DNA of 64,000 nt from the NCBI GenBank assembly GCA_964422865.1, contig CAYRCU010000002.1, positions 8,323 through 72,322 of the forward strand, in the 5' to 3' direction. The translations under genes were made by a program, and so were the position numbers. Shown here in pieces: positions 46,317-56,505 of the stretch. This DNA comes from an uncultured Gammaproteobacteria bacterium. GTDB taxonomy: Bacteria > Patescibacteriota > Microgenomatia > UBA8517. Below the pieces are notes generated by a model. That model did not search any database. It saw nothing but the letters and a program-made list of their open reading frames with translations, and was not told where the DNA came from. Position 1 is the stretch's first letter. Every line of letters begins with the position of its first letter.

Positions 46317-47102
46317 GTGAGAGGAAAAAATTCATTTAACAAGATAGAAAAACTGACTCCGATCTTGTTAATTTTAGTTATAGGAATGGCTTTTGCTGTT
46401 GGTGTGTTGTGGCAGAAGGTGAGTGTACTTGAGGAAGGGGGAGTGAGTGGAAACGGGGCAATAGGGACTGGCAGTGCAGCTCCTGCGTTTAAGAAGGAAC
46501 CCGCTGATGGCAAGCTTTCAGATGAGGTTGCCAAAAAAGTTCCACAGGTCAATGCGATAAATGAAAAATTGGAATCTTCAGAATCTCTTTCTGATCATGT
46601 GCGTGGAAACAAAGATGCCAAGGTAAAGTTAATAGAGTATTCTGATTATTATTGTCCGTTTTGCAAACGGTTTCATCCTACTGCAAAACGAGTATTAGAG
46701 GAGTATGGGGACCGTGTTGCTTGGGTATACAGGCATTTTCCTCTTGATACACTTCATCCTAATGCCAGAGCTGTGGCTGAGATTTCTGAGTGCGTTGCTT
46801 TTATTGGAGGGGAAAGTAAGTTTTGGGAGTTTACAGACAAAATTTATGATGAGTTACCTGAGGGCGTGGAAGGTGCTTTTAATATAGCATCTGGTTTGGG
46901 GCTAGATAGGACAGATGTTGAGGGTTGCTACAATGAAGGCAAGTTTAAGGAGAGAGTTAACAGAATGTATCAGGGTGGTGTTGATGCGGGAATAACCGGT
47001 ACACCTGGAAATATAGTAATAAACGATAAAGGGGATAGTTGGCTTGTTCCTGGAGCAGTTCCTTTTGAGAACCTGAAGACTATTTTAGATCAGGCGCTTT
47101 GA
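46317..47102 (+). CDS. DsbA-like thiol:disulfide oxidoreductase, membrane-anchored
   Basis: N-terminal TM; CPFC (CxxC) motif in a thioredoxin-fold context (YSDYYCPFCKRFH). Confidence 0.65.
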   Translation: MRGKNSFNKIEKLTPILLILVIGMAFAVGVLWQKVSVLEEGGVSGNGAIGTGSAAPAFKKEPADGKLSDEVAKKVPQVNAINEKLESSESLSDHVRGNKDAKVKLIEYSDYYCPFCKRFHPTAKRVLEEYGDRVAWVYRHFPLDTLHPNARAVAEISECVAFIGGESKFWEFTDKIYDELPEGVEGAFNIASGLGLDRTDVEGCYNEGKFKERVNRMYQGGVDAGITGTPGNIVINDKGDSWLVPGAVPFENLKTILDQAL

Positions 47103-47106
47103 GTAG

Positions 47107-47631
47107 TTAAAGTTTTTCTATTATTTTATACGCAACGATTGCTGCTGAACCCCAGACGTTAAATGAATGGTTTATTCCGAGCATGGGCAACTCGACTATG
47201 ATATCTGCTTCCTTTAGAACTTTGGTGCTGACCCCTTTTGTTTCATGACCTACAACGATGGCAACGGGAAAGTTTGGGGAAAGATCTTTTGGGGGAATAG
47301 ACCCTTTCCACTGTTCAACGGCGATTATTTGAACGCCTTGTTTTTTGAGCTTTTTGACTGTTTTGAGGATAGAATTTGAATGTTCCCATGGGACCCAATT
47401 TTCTGTTCCTACAGCGGCTTTGTGGATGCGAGAACTGGGGGGAGTTTCCATGTTACCACAGAGAAACATTTTTTGGGCGGCTACGGCGTCGGCAAGACGG
47501 AACATGCTTCCAATGTTGTAGGTATCCAGGATTTCGTCCAAGACAAAATATATCGGGTTTCTTTTTATTTGTTCAAGCTCTTCTGTGGAAGGAGAGGAGA
47601 CCCTTAAGTTTTTTGCTTTTAATTTGTTCAT
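47107..47631 (-). CDS. SpoU/TrmH family RNA 2'-O-methyltransferase (SPOUT)
   Basis: VVGHETKGVS...ELPMLGINHSFNVWGSAAIVAYK C-terminal SPOUT knot motifs. Confidence 0.7.
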   Translation of the reverse strand: MNKLKAKNLRVSSPSTEELEQIKRNPIYFVLDEILDTYNIGSMFRLADAVAAQKMFLCGNMETPPSSRIHKAAVGTENWVPWEHSNSILKTVKKLKKQGVQIIAVEQWKGSIPPKDLSPNFPVAIVVGHETKGVSTKVLKEADIIVELPMLGINHSFNVWGSAAIVAYKIIEKL

Positions 47632-47739
47632 ATGTTTTTCTTTCCAAGTGTATCACAATTGAGGCTGGAGATGGAGAGATTTACTGCACGGCTCTGTGGT
47701 ATATAGTAATGAAATTGATATAATAGGGTATAGCTGATA

Positions 47740-48621
47740 ATGGCAGAAACTGCAGTTAGTGGAAAACCAGAATCCTCGTTATTGAGAAAGGTTGGTGTTT
47801 ATGGAAGAAAATTTCGTCGAGCAATTGAGCATGTTGTTGTTGACAAAGAAGGTCCTGTAGAAATTAGTAAATCATTTTCTACTTTGTTAGCTGTTGGCAG
47901 CACCAAATATGAAAGAACGGTTGCTGCTCTCGAGATAATTACTGGACTGACCGGTCGAATCCCTGCGGGGATGCTTAGAGAACGATATGCTTACAAGCAA
48001 GATTTAATGCCGTTTAGTCCGGAAGATTATGCTCTGAAGGATAAAATAGGATTTGGGGGTGTGAATGATGTATTTTTGTTGCAATCGAACAAGGAAGGTG
48101 TTCGATCTTATGTGTTAAAGGTAAATTTGTGTGAATGGGGAAGTGGGATTAAGGATCTTCTTTCTGTCGCGAAGGAACAAAAAAAAGAATATGAGAGAAT
48201 CTCTACGGTATATGAGGGTATACCGGGTTTGGTTCCGGGAGAGCATTATTTGATAATGCATGGACCAAGTATGGGGAGGCCGGTGTTTGCTATGATTCAA
48301 CCATTTGTTGAGGGGGAAATAAGGGACGTTTTTGTGGATTTTAAGAAAGATGAGCTTTTGGATCTTTTGCGAAAAAACAGATCATTGGCGTGTCAATTTG
48401 CAATGTTTGCCGAGGCTACGAGGGCAGATGGATCTTTGATCGAAAATGAACTGGATTTGCTTGGTATGAACAATCTGGCGATAGTTGGTGATGAGGGAGA
48501 TGAAAGACTACTTTTACTTGATCCTCATTTTCGGTCAAGTAGGTCAAGAAGTACGGAAGCGAGAGAGCAGATTGAGAAGCGGATGGGTTATATAGAAGAA
48601 TTGGTCAGGGCTTCAAGTTGA
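47740..48621 (+). CDS. hypothetical protein, possible atypical protein kinase-like fold
   Basis: ELDLLGMNNLAIV...LLLDPHF resembles the kinase catalytic-loop and DFG-like region; otherwise unassigned. Confidence 0.3.
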   Translation: MAETAVSGKPESSLLRKVGVYGRKFRRAIEHVVVDKEGPVEISKSFSTLLAVGSTKYERTVAALEIITGLTGRIPAGMLRERYAYKQDLMPFSPEDYALKDKIGFGGVNDVFLLQSNKEGVRSYVLKVNLCEWGSGIKDLLSVAKEQKKEYERISTVYEGIPGLVPGEHYLIMHGPSMGRPVFAMIQPFVEGEIRDVFVDFKKDELLDLLRKNRSLACQFAMFAEATRADGSLIENELDLLGMNNLAIVGDEGDERLLLLDPHFRSSRSRSTEAREQIEKRMGYIEELVRASS

Positions 48622-48647
48622 AATATGTTCTTGCGATTTAGGATGTG

Positions 48648-48718
48648 CTGCGGAGCAGGGATTTGAACCCCAATTTTCGCTTCCAAAGAGCGACGTGCTA
48701 CCATTACACCACTCCGCA
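48648..48718 (-). tRNA. tRNA-Gln (anticodon TTG)
   Basis: Reverse complement folds with U1:A72, anticodon stem TCGCT/AGCGA, loop CTTTGGA and discriminator G. Confidence 0.75.
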
Positions 48719-48789
48719 TTGATTGCAAGAAACTTTTAGTTCAATTGAATTGTATTTGATTAGTGTTGTTGTTGAAAATGTTATCTTTT

Positions 48790-48864
48790 TGGTGAGCCCG
48801 GGAGGATTCGAACCTCCAACCATCAGCTTAAAAGGCTGTTGCTCTGCCGTTGAGCTACGGGCCC
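48790..48864 (-). tRNA. tRNA-Lys (anticodon TTT)
   Basis: Reverse complement GGGCCCGTAGCTCAACGG...; loop CTTTTAA; T arm GGAGG-TTCGAAT-CCTCC; encoded CCA. Confidence 0.8.
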
Positions 48865-48980
48865 TCCGATCGAGCTTTATGAGAGCTTGGAGTATTATAC
48901 ATGTTGGTTTTGTTTGGCTCAATCTGTCGTATTGTTTACGCAATGCGGGAACTTGACAGTGGAGATGTGCTTGGTTAGGA

Positions 48981-49681
48981 TGGAGTTGGATATGAGGAAT
49001 TCTTCTCAGACTGGTTTTGCTGCGTTGGCAATTTTGGGAATACTTGCTCTTATTGGTGTGGGTGCTGTGGGTACCACTGCTGCTTCGGATAGTGCCAGGC
49101 CGGGAGATGTGTTGTATGGTGTTGACCGGGCGATTGAAGGTGTTAGGCTTGCCTTTGCTAATTCTCCTGAGGCTCGAGCTAGAGTTCAAAGCGAACTTGC
49201 CCTGGAAAGATTGGAAGAAGCGCAATCATTGGCGAACGAAGTGGGTCGTACTGCCCATCTTGAGGAAGCTTTAGTGAGGGCACAGACACATCTTGCCAGT
49301 GCTCAGGCTAGAGCGGAGGAGGCTCAGGCACGAGGTGTGGATGTTGATGAAGTTTTGGCTCTTTTGGCGGAGAATTCTGTTAGGCTTCAGGAGAATTTAG
49401 CCGAAGTATATGAAAAGGCACCTGAGCAGGCGCAGCCTGCGATTGAGCGAGCGATGGAGGCTACTCAGAGAGGTTTTACTGAGGCAGCAGGTGCTGTTTC
49501 GAACCAAAAACGAGAGAGTCTTCTTGAGGATTCGCTTAACAGACTGGAGAATGCTAGGGAGAGGGTGGAGGAGCAGGGTATGGAGTTGCCTGAGATTGAA
49601 ATTCCAGAAGTTGAGCCGGGAGTAGGAGTTGAAGATGGTGTTCCCGCCGATGTCTCCAGGGGTAGGCCGTTGTTGCGCTGA
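48981..49681 (+). CDS. hypothetical membrane-anchored coiled-coil protein
   Basis: N-terminal TM (FAALAILGILALIGVGAVG) followed by an Ala/Glu/Arg-rich helical region; start uncertain (track ORF begins at 48887). Confidence 0.35.
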
Positions 49682-49956
49682 ACACTTCCGAGTGGTAGAT
49701 TTGGTTGTAATGGTAGAGCGTTTTGTTTCGGAAGATTTTGTGGTTTTAGCGTGTCCGGTTGCTGATGGTTTTCCGCCCTGTTGCAGAGGTTGCGGCGGTG
49801 GCTGGCCGGGTACAAAGGCGACGACGAGGAACCTTACTGAGGCTGTGGTGAAGGAGAGATTAGATCCAAATAAGCTGGGTTGTCAGCCATTGGTTGATAG
49901 AGCTAGAGCAGGTATAAATGAACTTAAGAGAGCTTCTTTAGTATCAAAATCTAGGT

Positions 49957-50028
49957 GACCCCACAGGGAATCGAACCCTGATTTGCACCTTGAAAGAGTG
50001 CCGTCCTAAACCGTTAGACGATGGGGCC
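49957..50028 (-). tRNA. tRNA-Glu (anticodon TTC)
   Basis: Reverse complement GGCCCCATCGTCTAACGGTTAGGACGG; anticodon stem GCACT/GGTGC; loop CTTTCAA; T arm CAGGG-TTCGATT-CCCTG. Confidence 0.8.
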
Positions 50029-50039
50029 TGAAATGTTCA

Positions 50040-50097
50040 TGCATACCCATCGTCATGCGGTGCAAGCACCTGTATTTTCAATATAGACGATGGGGCC
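50040..50097 (-). repeat. partial duplicate of the tRNA-Glu 5' end with an adjacent complementary arm
   Basis: GGCCCCATCGTCTA (tRNA nt 1-14) recurs at 50084-50097; GACGATGGG, complementary to nt 4-12, lies at about 50046-50054 (minus-strand sense). Confidence 0.6.
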
Positions 50098-50236
50098 AAT
50101 AAACACACAGTAGTTTATCAATTTTGTGGTCTTGAGACAAATTTATTTCCTTATTTTGGGCGAGTAATTGAGTATTTTGAAGATAGAATTTTTTAATAAT
50201 TATACTGCGTGTAAGCTTGTGCTTTATGAGTTATAA

Positions 50237-50446
50237 TTGTTTAAGGTGCGAGAGTTTTTGACGGTAGAGGAGGCAGCGAAATATCTTCAAGTGGGGGAGG
50301 AAACGGTTCGAAGATATATAAAGAGAAAAAAACTTCCCGCCGAGAAGTATGCGGGGAAGTTTGGGGTTTACTTGATTAACAAGACGGATCTTCTGGAATT
50401 TAAGATTGAGAGGCTTCAAAAAAAGATGCTTCCTATCTTTGAGTGA
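50237..50446 (+). CDS. helix-turn-helix DNA-binding protein (excisionase/MerR-like HTH_17)
   Basis: LTVEEAAKYLQVGEETVRRYIKRKKLPA is a typical short excisionase-family HTH; 69 aa. Confidence 0.5.
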   Translation: MFKVREFLTVEEAAKYLQVGEETVRRYIKRKKLPAEKYAGKFGVYLINKTDLLEFKIERLQKKMLPIFE

Positions 50447-50450
50447 AATA

Positions 50451-50459
50451 TGGTATACT
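50451..50459 (+). promoter_or_regulatory. candidate extended -10 promoter element (TGgTATACT) upstream of the RRM gene leader
   Basis: TGGTATACT at 50451-50459, about 90 nt upstream of the RRM protein start. Confidence 0.3.
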
Positions 50460-50547
50460 GCTTACTGAGTTTCGCAAGGATTGGTGCTTCGGGAGGCAAG
50501 GACTTCTGAATGACATTCCCCAGGAGACATAAAGGAGGTGAGTAGAT

Positions 50548-50814
50548 TTGCAAAATAATAAAAAGCTTTATGTAGGTAATTTGCCTTGGACTATTCGCAC
50601 GGAGGAATTAAGAAACCTTTTTGTTGAATTTGGTGAGATTGTTGATGTTATTGTGCTTACTGACAAATACACCGGAAAGAGCAAGGGTTTTGGTTTTGTG
50701 GAGTTTGCTACGGAAGAAATGGCAAAAGCTGCTATGGATGCCACTAACGGGAAAGACATTGAAGGAAGAAAAATAATTGTTAATGTAGCTAAACCTGCAC
50801 CTGCGAGAGAATAA
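50548..50814 (+). CDS. RNA-binding protein, single RRM domain
   Basis: RNP-2 LYVGNL and RNP-1 KGFGFVEF; 88 aa; TTG start in the track. Confidence 0.75.
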   Translation: MQNNKKLYVGNLPWTIRTEELRNLFVEFGEIVDVIVLTDKYTGKSKGFGFVEFATEEMAKAAMDATNGKDIEGRKIIVNVAKPAPARE

Positions 50815-51051
50815 GAGTGTTTGAGGGGTAGACAGGTGTGTTTGTGGGTGATATAATTGCCTCGCCCAAATGGATTAAATGAGAGAAAAAGCTTGAGAAT
50901 TGGTTTGGGCTCGCCATTTGGGTGGGCTTTTATTTTTTGGGTTTATGGTTAGACAAAGAACTTTGACATCAGTATTTAATGTGTATTTCACTGGTTTTTT
51001 AATGAAATCAGTGGCTCAAGATACACTCAGAAGTGTAGAAGACGGATTTTC

Positions 51052-52547
<1,496 letters not shown>

Positions 52548-52680
52548 AGGAGTGTTTGGTCGTTAAGAACGACAACAACACCCGGTTTTAAGATCACGGT
52601 TTTTCCTTAAAAACCGAATCCGCTAGACACGGCGAGAAAGGTCGCTTCTGAGTGTATCTTGAGTAATTAGACAAAAGACA

Positions 52681-52706
52681 CCCCGTCTGTTAAGGCGGGT
52701 TTTTTG
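52681..52706 (+). terminator. rho-independent terminator after the 16S gene
   Basis: CCCGTC-TGTTAA-GGCGGG hairpin followed by TTTTTTG. Confidence 0.6.
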
Positions 52707-52719
52707 TTATACTGCCCTA

Positions 52720-53742
52720 ATGGATGATACTGCCCGACCAAGAATGATGGTTGAAGAGGTTCCTTCTGTGTTTCCGCAGCAAGAAGCTCAGGGGGTGGAT
52801 GAAGTTGTTCAAAAGCTGCCTGTGGTATCTAAAAGGAGTTTTTCTTTTAGAGCATTGGTTTTTATAGTTCCGGGAGTTCTTCTTTTGGTTGCGATACTTG
52901 TTGGAATGTATTTGGCAGATATTTTTTTTGAGGGAAATGAACAAGTTGTTGTTACTTCAACCCCCTTTCCTTCTTTGATTCCTGCCACGCCTGTTGCTTC
53001 TTTGGCTCCTGTTTCAAAATTATTGCTATATGTAAATGGGGACGGGGGATTTAAGTTTAGTTATTTGGATGATGTGGAGATCTTGGAATGTGCGGGTAGA
53101 GTGGAGTTGTTTGCTAATAAGAGTGTTCAGAAAACTTGTGAAGGAATGGGGGTTGTGTCGGTAATTTATGATGAGGATCAGTTTGAGTCAATTCAAGGGT
53201 TTGAGACAAGTGGGAAGGAGTTGGGGGAGAGAAAGTTGTTGGTGGTTTTGAGGGATGAGAGATATAGAAATGTTTATCAGAAGGTGGTGTTGAGTCTTAA
53301 GGCTTTAGTTGTTGATACTTCGGACTGGAGCTTGTATGAGAACGCTGTTGGAAAATACAGCTTTCTTTACCCCTCGGACTGGAAAGTTACGGAGCTTGAG
53401 AGTGGGAATGTTGTAGTTCAAAAAGATGAAGAGGAAAAGGACCACTGGATTTATCTTGTTGAATATACGGGAAGTGTAAGTGATGCTGAGCTTACGGCTA
53501 GTGAGATTTCTTCTTCTACTGTTGGTTTGGCTGGTTGGGACGGAGTACCCGAAGTGAATGTTCGCAATCTTTCCGGAGGGACAGCGCAGGTGATTGAAGG
53601 AAAGCTTGGAGATGTGTGGCAAGTGTATGTGGTTTTGTGGTACAAGGACAGATTGTACCAAATGAGTTGGGTGGATACTTTGAGTAGACAGGAGAGTGCA
53701 AACTTTGAGGCGATTATATCCAGTTTTGAACTTGTGAATTAG
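52720..53742 (+). CDS. hypothetical membrane-anchored protein (lies between the 16S and 23S genes)
   Basis: 340 aa with an N-terminal TM (LVFIVPGVLLLVAILVGMYL); no family recognised. Confidence 0.35.
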   Translation: MDDTARPRMMVEEVPSVFPQQEAQGVDEVVQKLPVVSKRSFSFRALVFIVPGVLLLVAILVGMYLADIFFEGNEQVVVTSTPFPSLIPATPVASLAPVSKLLLYVNGDGGFKFSYLDDVEILECAGRVELFANKSVQKTCEGMGVVSVIYDEDQFESIQGFETSGKELGERKLLVVLRDERYRNVYQKVVLSLKALVVDTSDWSLYENAVGKYSFLYPSDWKVTELESGNVVVQKDEEEKDHWIYLVEYTGSVSDAELTASEISSSTVGLAGWDGVPEVNVRNLSGGTAQVIEGKLGDVWQVYVVLWYKDRLYQMSWVDTLSRQESANFEAIISSFELVN

Positions 53743-55877
53743 TGATCTTTTGAAGATTTTTTACCCCAACGTTCTTGAGAGATTCTTATTACTTTACTTC
53801 TGTTTTGGTTTGCTGATGTTGGAAGCGGAAGAGTGTTGGCTAAAAACGGACGACTTGTATAGCCATCTATTGTAAGCTTTGCTGCTATTTGAAAGTTGTC
53901 CAGGTTTACAAGATCCTTTTTTTCGAAAACTTCTGCAAATTCTTTATATAGCACTTCGGCGTCTTCAGCCCCTATGGCAAAGGAGATAAGAGAGCCTACG
54001 TTTCCAAGGATTGCTTTTTGCACTTCTTCTGGGATTTGGGCCATGTATTGATTGGCAAGCATTAGGTTTAGGCGGTATTTTCTTGCTTCTGAAAGAATTT
54101 TAATGAATGATTCTGTAGCGAAGTTTTGAAACTCGTCAACGTAAAGAAAGAAGTCTGTGCGCTCTTCCATGGGGAAATTGACCCTGCGCATGGCTGCTAG
54201 TTGAAATTTTGTAATGAGAACTGCTCCCAGGAGTGCTGCGTTATCTTCACCGAGACGACCTTGAGAGAGATTTGCCAGGAAGATTTTTTGATTATTCATT
54301 ATGTCATCGAAATGAATTGTGCTTTTAGGGCTTCCGATGATACGACGAATTAGGGGGGAGGTGACAAATTGTCCAACTTTGTTTTGAATAGGGGAAATGG
54401 CTTCTTTTTGGAGTCGGTCCGGCATTTTTTCATATTCTTGCTTCCAAAAGTGAATGAGACTTTGATCTTTGACTTGTTCGAGGGCCCTTGCTCTGTAGCG
54501 GGTATTTGCAAGAAGTTTTAGAACATCTTGCAGGGTTGCTCCGTTAATGTGGGTGAGTGTTAAAAACGAGTTTCTGAGAATGTATTCCATACGAGCTGAC
54601 CAAACATTGGCCCAGATTTTTGTGAATACTGCCATGAGTCCGGAGACAACTAGCTCTGCTTCTTCTTGATTGGTGACTTCCAAGGGATTAATGACGATGG
54701 GTGACTGCCGATCTGAGGGATTAAAATAGATGGTGTCGTTTATTCTGTGACTTGGAATGTAGTTTAAGAGATCTTCACAAAGGTCGCCGTGAGGGTCAAT
54801 TACACCAAGACCTCGGCTTTTTTTTATGTCGTCGATACACATGTTTGCGATGAGTGTGGATTTCCCTGTGCCGGTTTTTCCCACGACCCAAATATGGCGC
54901 CTTCGATCATTGTTTTTTATTCCAAAGATTGTGTCATGGTTTTTGAATTGGGTGCGTGCAAAGAAGTTTACCAAAGCTTTTTCTTCAGTTGTTTTGTCGG
55001 TTGCGATTGGAAGGTTATCGGGAGCCTCGGAAAGGACGGAAGTCCCCCAGGCGATGGAGGCGGTTTTTACTTTTTCGCTGGGGAGGTGCCAGAGAGTAGC
55101 GAGCTCCATGATGTTTAGGATTTGTTTGTCGGTAACAGTTCTTTCAAGTAATGCTTTTTGAGACTTTGATTTTGATTCCAACAGGCCTCTTTTTTTAGTT
55201 ACAAAGCTGTTTCCGTCGGATCGAGTGAATACTCCAAGAGCAGATGAAAGTTCCGTAAGGACCCTTTTGTTGTTTGAGGCGATGCGAAGGGAAACCAAAA
55301 AACCTGGGTAAGAAATTTTTTCTTTTATAATGGAAGCGTCCGGATGTGGGGAGTAAGTTCCATCCTCATTTTTTGTGCCGTGGTCCGCGTAACTTTGACC
55401 TGTGGATTGCCATTTGGTGCTTGTAGCCTCAAGGGCTAATTGGATTATTGTTATTTCGGTGGGGTTACCTTTGGTGAGAATTGTGAGAAGGCTTGAGAGA
55501 GGATCGATATCGGTGAAATTTGTATAAGTAGCCAGAGGATAGTAATTACCTCTTTTTAGAGTTAATTCTTTGATATAGAGCGGGGACTCGCTTTTTAGGG
55601 GATCTTGGGTTGGCTCTATTATTACAAGAGGGTATGATGATCGGATTTGAGCCTCTATAAATGGCAGTAGTTCAGTGTTACAGGTTATTTGAAAGTGGAT
55701 TTGTTGGTTAATAAGGGCTATTTCGAGTGCAAGAGGGGCGGCGCGCTTGCCTTTGAGACGATCCAGATTCGAGACGCTGTTTATTTGGGTAAGGGTTGCC
55801 AGAAAAGTTTGAGCAGCTTCTGGTGTAACTTCTGTGTTCCTTGGTATTTTAAGAAAAAGAGTAGTGAGGTTTTGCAT
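53739..55877 (-). CDS. type IV secretion coupling protein-like ATPase (TraD/TrwB/VirD4 family), paralog
   Basis: VVGKTGTGKSTLI, DPHGD, FNPSDRQSPIVINPLE, YVDEFQNFAT; same domain order as the 24464 gene but lacking the N-terminal TM. Confidence 0.6.
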   Translation of the reverse strand: MQNLTTLFLKIPRNTEVTPEAAQTFLATLTQINSVSNLDRLKGKRAAPLALEIALINQQIHFQITCNTELLPFIEAQIRSSYPLVIIEPTQDPLKSESPLYIKELTLKRGNYYPLATYTNFTDIDPLSSLLTILTKGNPTEITIIQLALEATSTKWQSTGQSYADHGTKNEDGTYSPHPDASIIKEKISYPGFLVSLRIASNNKRVLTELSSALGVFTRSDGNSFVTKKRGLLESKSKSQKALLERTVTDKQILNIMELATLWHLPSEKVKTASIAWGTSVLSEAPDNLPIATDKTTEEKALVNFFARTQFKNHDTIFGIKNNDRRRHIWVVGKTGTGKSTLIANMCIDDIKKSRGLGVIDPHGDLCEDLLNYIPSHRINDTIYFNPSDRQSPIVINPLEVTNQEEAELVVSGLMAVFTKIWANVWSARMEYILRNSFLTLTHINGATLQDVLKLLANTRYRARALEQVKDQSLIHFWKQEYEKMPDRLQKEAISPIQNKVGQFVTSPLIRRIIGSPKSTIHFDDIMNNQKIFLANLSQGRLGEDNAALLGAVLITKFQLAAMRRVNFPMEERTDFFLYVDEFQNFATESFIKILSEARKYRLNLMLANQYMAQIPEEVQKAILGNVGSLISFAIGAEDAEVLYKEFAEVFEKKDLVNLDNFQIAAKLTIDGYTSRPFLANTLPLPTSANQNRSKVIRISQERWGKKSSKDH

Positions 55878-55932
55878 ATAACTATTATATAAGTATATAG
55901 GGAAGAAGTAGTTGATGTGTAGGGTTTTTGGG

Positions 55933-56006
55933 TGGGCCTGTCAGGATTCGAACCTGAGACCTCCAAATTATCAGTTTGGCGCTCTAACCAACTGAGCTAC
56001 AGGCCC
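55933..56006 (-). tRNA. tRNA-Ile (anticodon GAT)
   Basis: Reverse complement GGGCCTGTAGCTCAGTTGGTTAGAGCGCCAAACTGATAATTTGG...; loop CTGATAA; T arm TCAGG-TTCGAAT-CCTGA. Confidence 0.8.
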
Positions 56007-56213
56007 GAGTGCATAACTATTTTAACTCAAAACAATAATAAATCCAACAAAACGTGTGGTTTTATACAGATGGTTGACTGATGTGGGGTGAAAGTATATA
56101 ATTGGCATTACCTTTTTTAAGTTCGGAATAATTAATGAGAAGTAAGAGTTTAAAATTAAACACAGACCCTTTGCCTGCTTTTTGTGGGTAAAAGGGATTT
56201 AAGCTTCAAATTG

Positions 56214-56245
56214 ACCGACTTAAAAGGGTCGGTTCTTTTTATTTT
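56214..56245 (+). terminator. hairpin plus T-tract (candidate intrinsic terminator or small RNA 3' end)
   Basis: GACCGAC-TTAAAAGG-GTCGGTT followed by CTTTTTATTTT; no plus-strand CDS upstream. Confidence 0.4.
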
Positions 56246-56317
56246 GAGATGGATTGGAACTGGGCCGATAAGAACCTGGCTTTGCCAGAACCTTGACGCC
56301 CTGCTCGTTAATACTCG

Positions 56318-56432
56318 CAGGCCGTTAGCTCATCTGGTAAGCAAAGCTTGGCCAGCTGAGCTGATTGATAGATTAGGGCCGTTAGCTCATCTGGTAAGCA
56401 AAGCTTGGCCAGCTGAGCTGATTGATAGATTA
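56318..56432. repeat. 2 tandem 57-58 bp units made of the tRNA-Ala 5' fragment followed by a hairpin-forming conserved motif
   Basis: G(G)GCCGTTAGCTCATCTGGTA + AGCAAAGCTTGGCCAGCTGAGCTGATTGATAGATTA, twice; CCAGCTGAGC is nearly complementary to the D-arm GCTCATCTGG. Confidence 0.8.
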
Positions 56433-56505
56433 GGGCCGTTAGCTCATCTGGTAGAGCGTCCGGTTTGCATCCGGGAGGTGGCCGGTTCGAGTCCGGCACG
56501 GTCCA
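56433..56505 (+). tRNA. tRNA-Ala (anticodon TGC)
   Basis: GGGCCGT acceptor with G3:U70; D arm TAGCTCATCTGGTAGAGC; anticodon loop TTTGCAT; T arm GCCGG-TTCGAGT-CCGGC. Confidence 0.8.

Noticed and set aside
50963-50990. 16S promoter (TTGACA at 50963-50968 with a possible TATTTC -10)
   Set aside because: The -35 hexamer is perfect, but spacing to any acceptable -10 is suboptimal (15 nt to TATTTC). It is kept only as a weak candidate and not listed as a feature.
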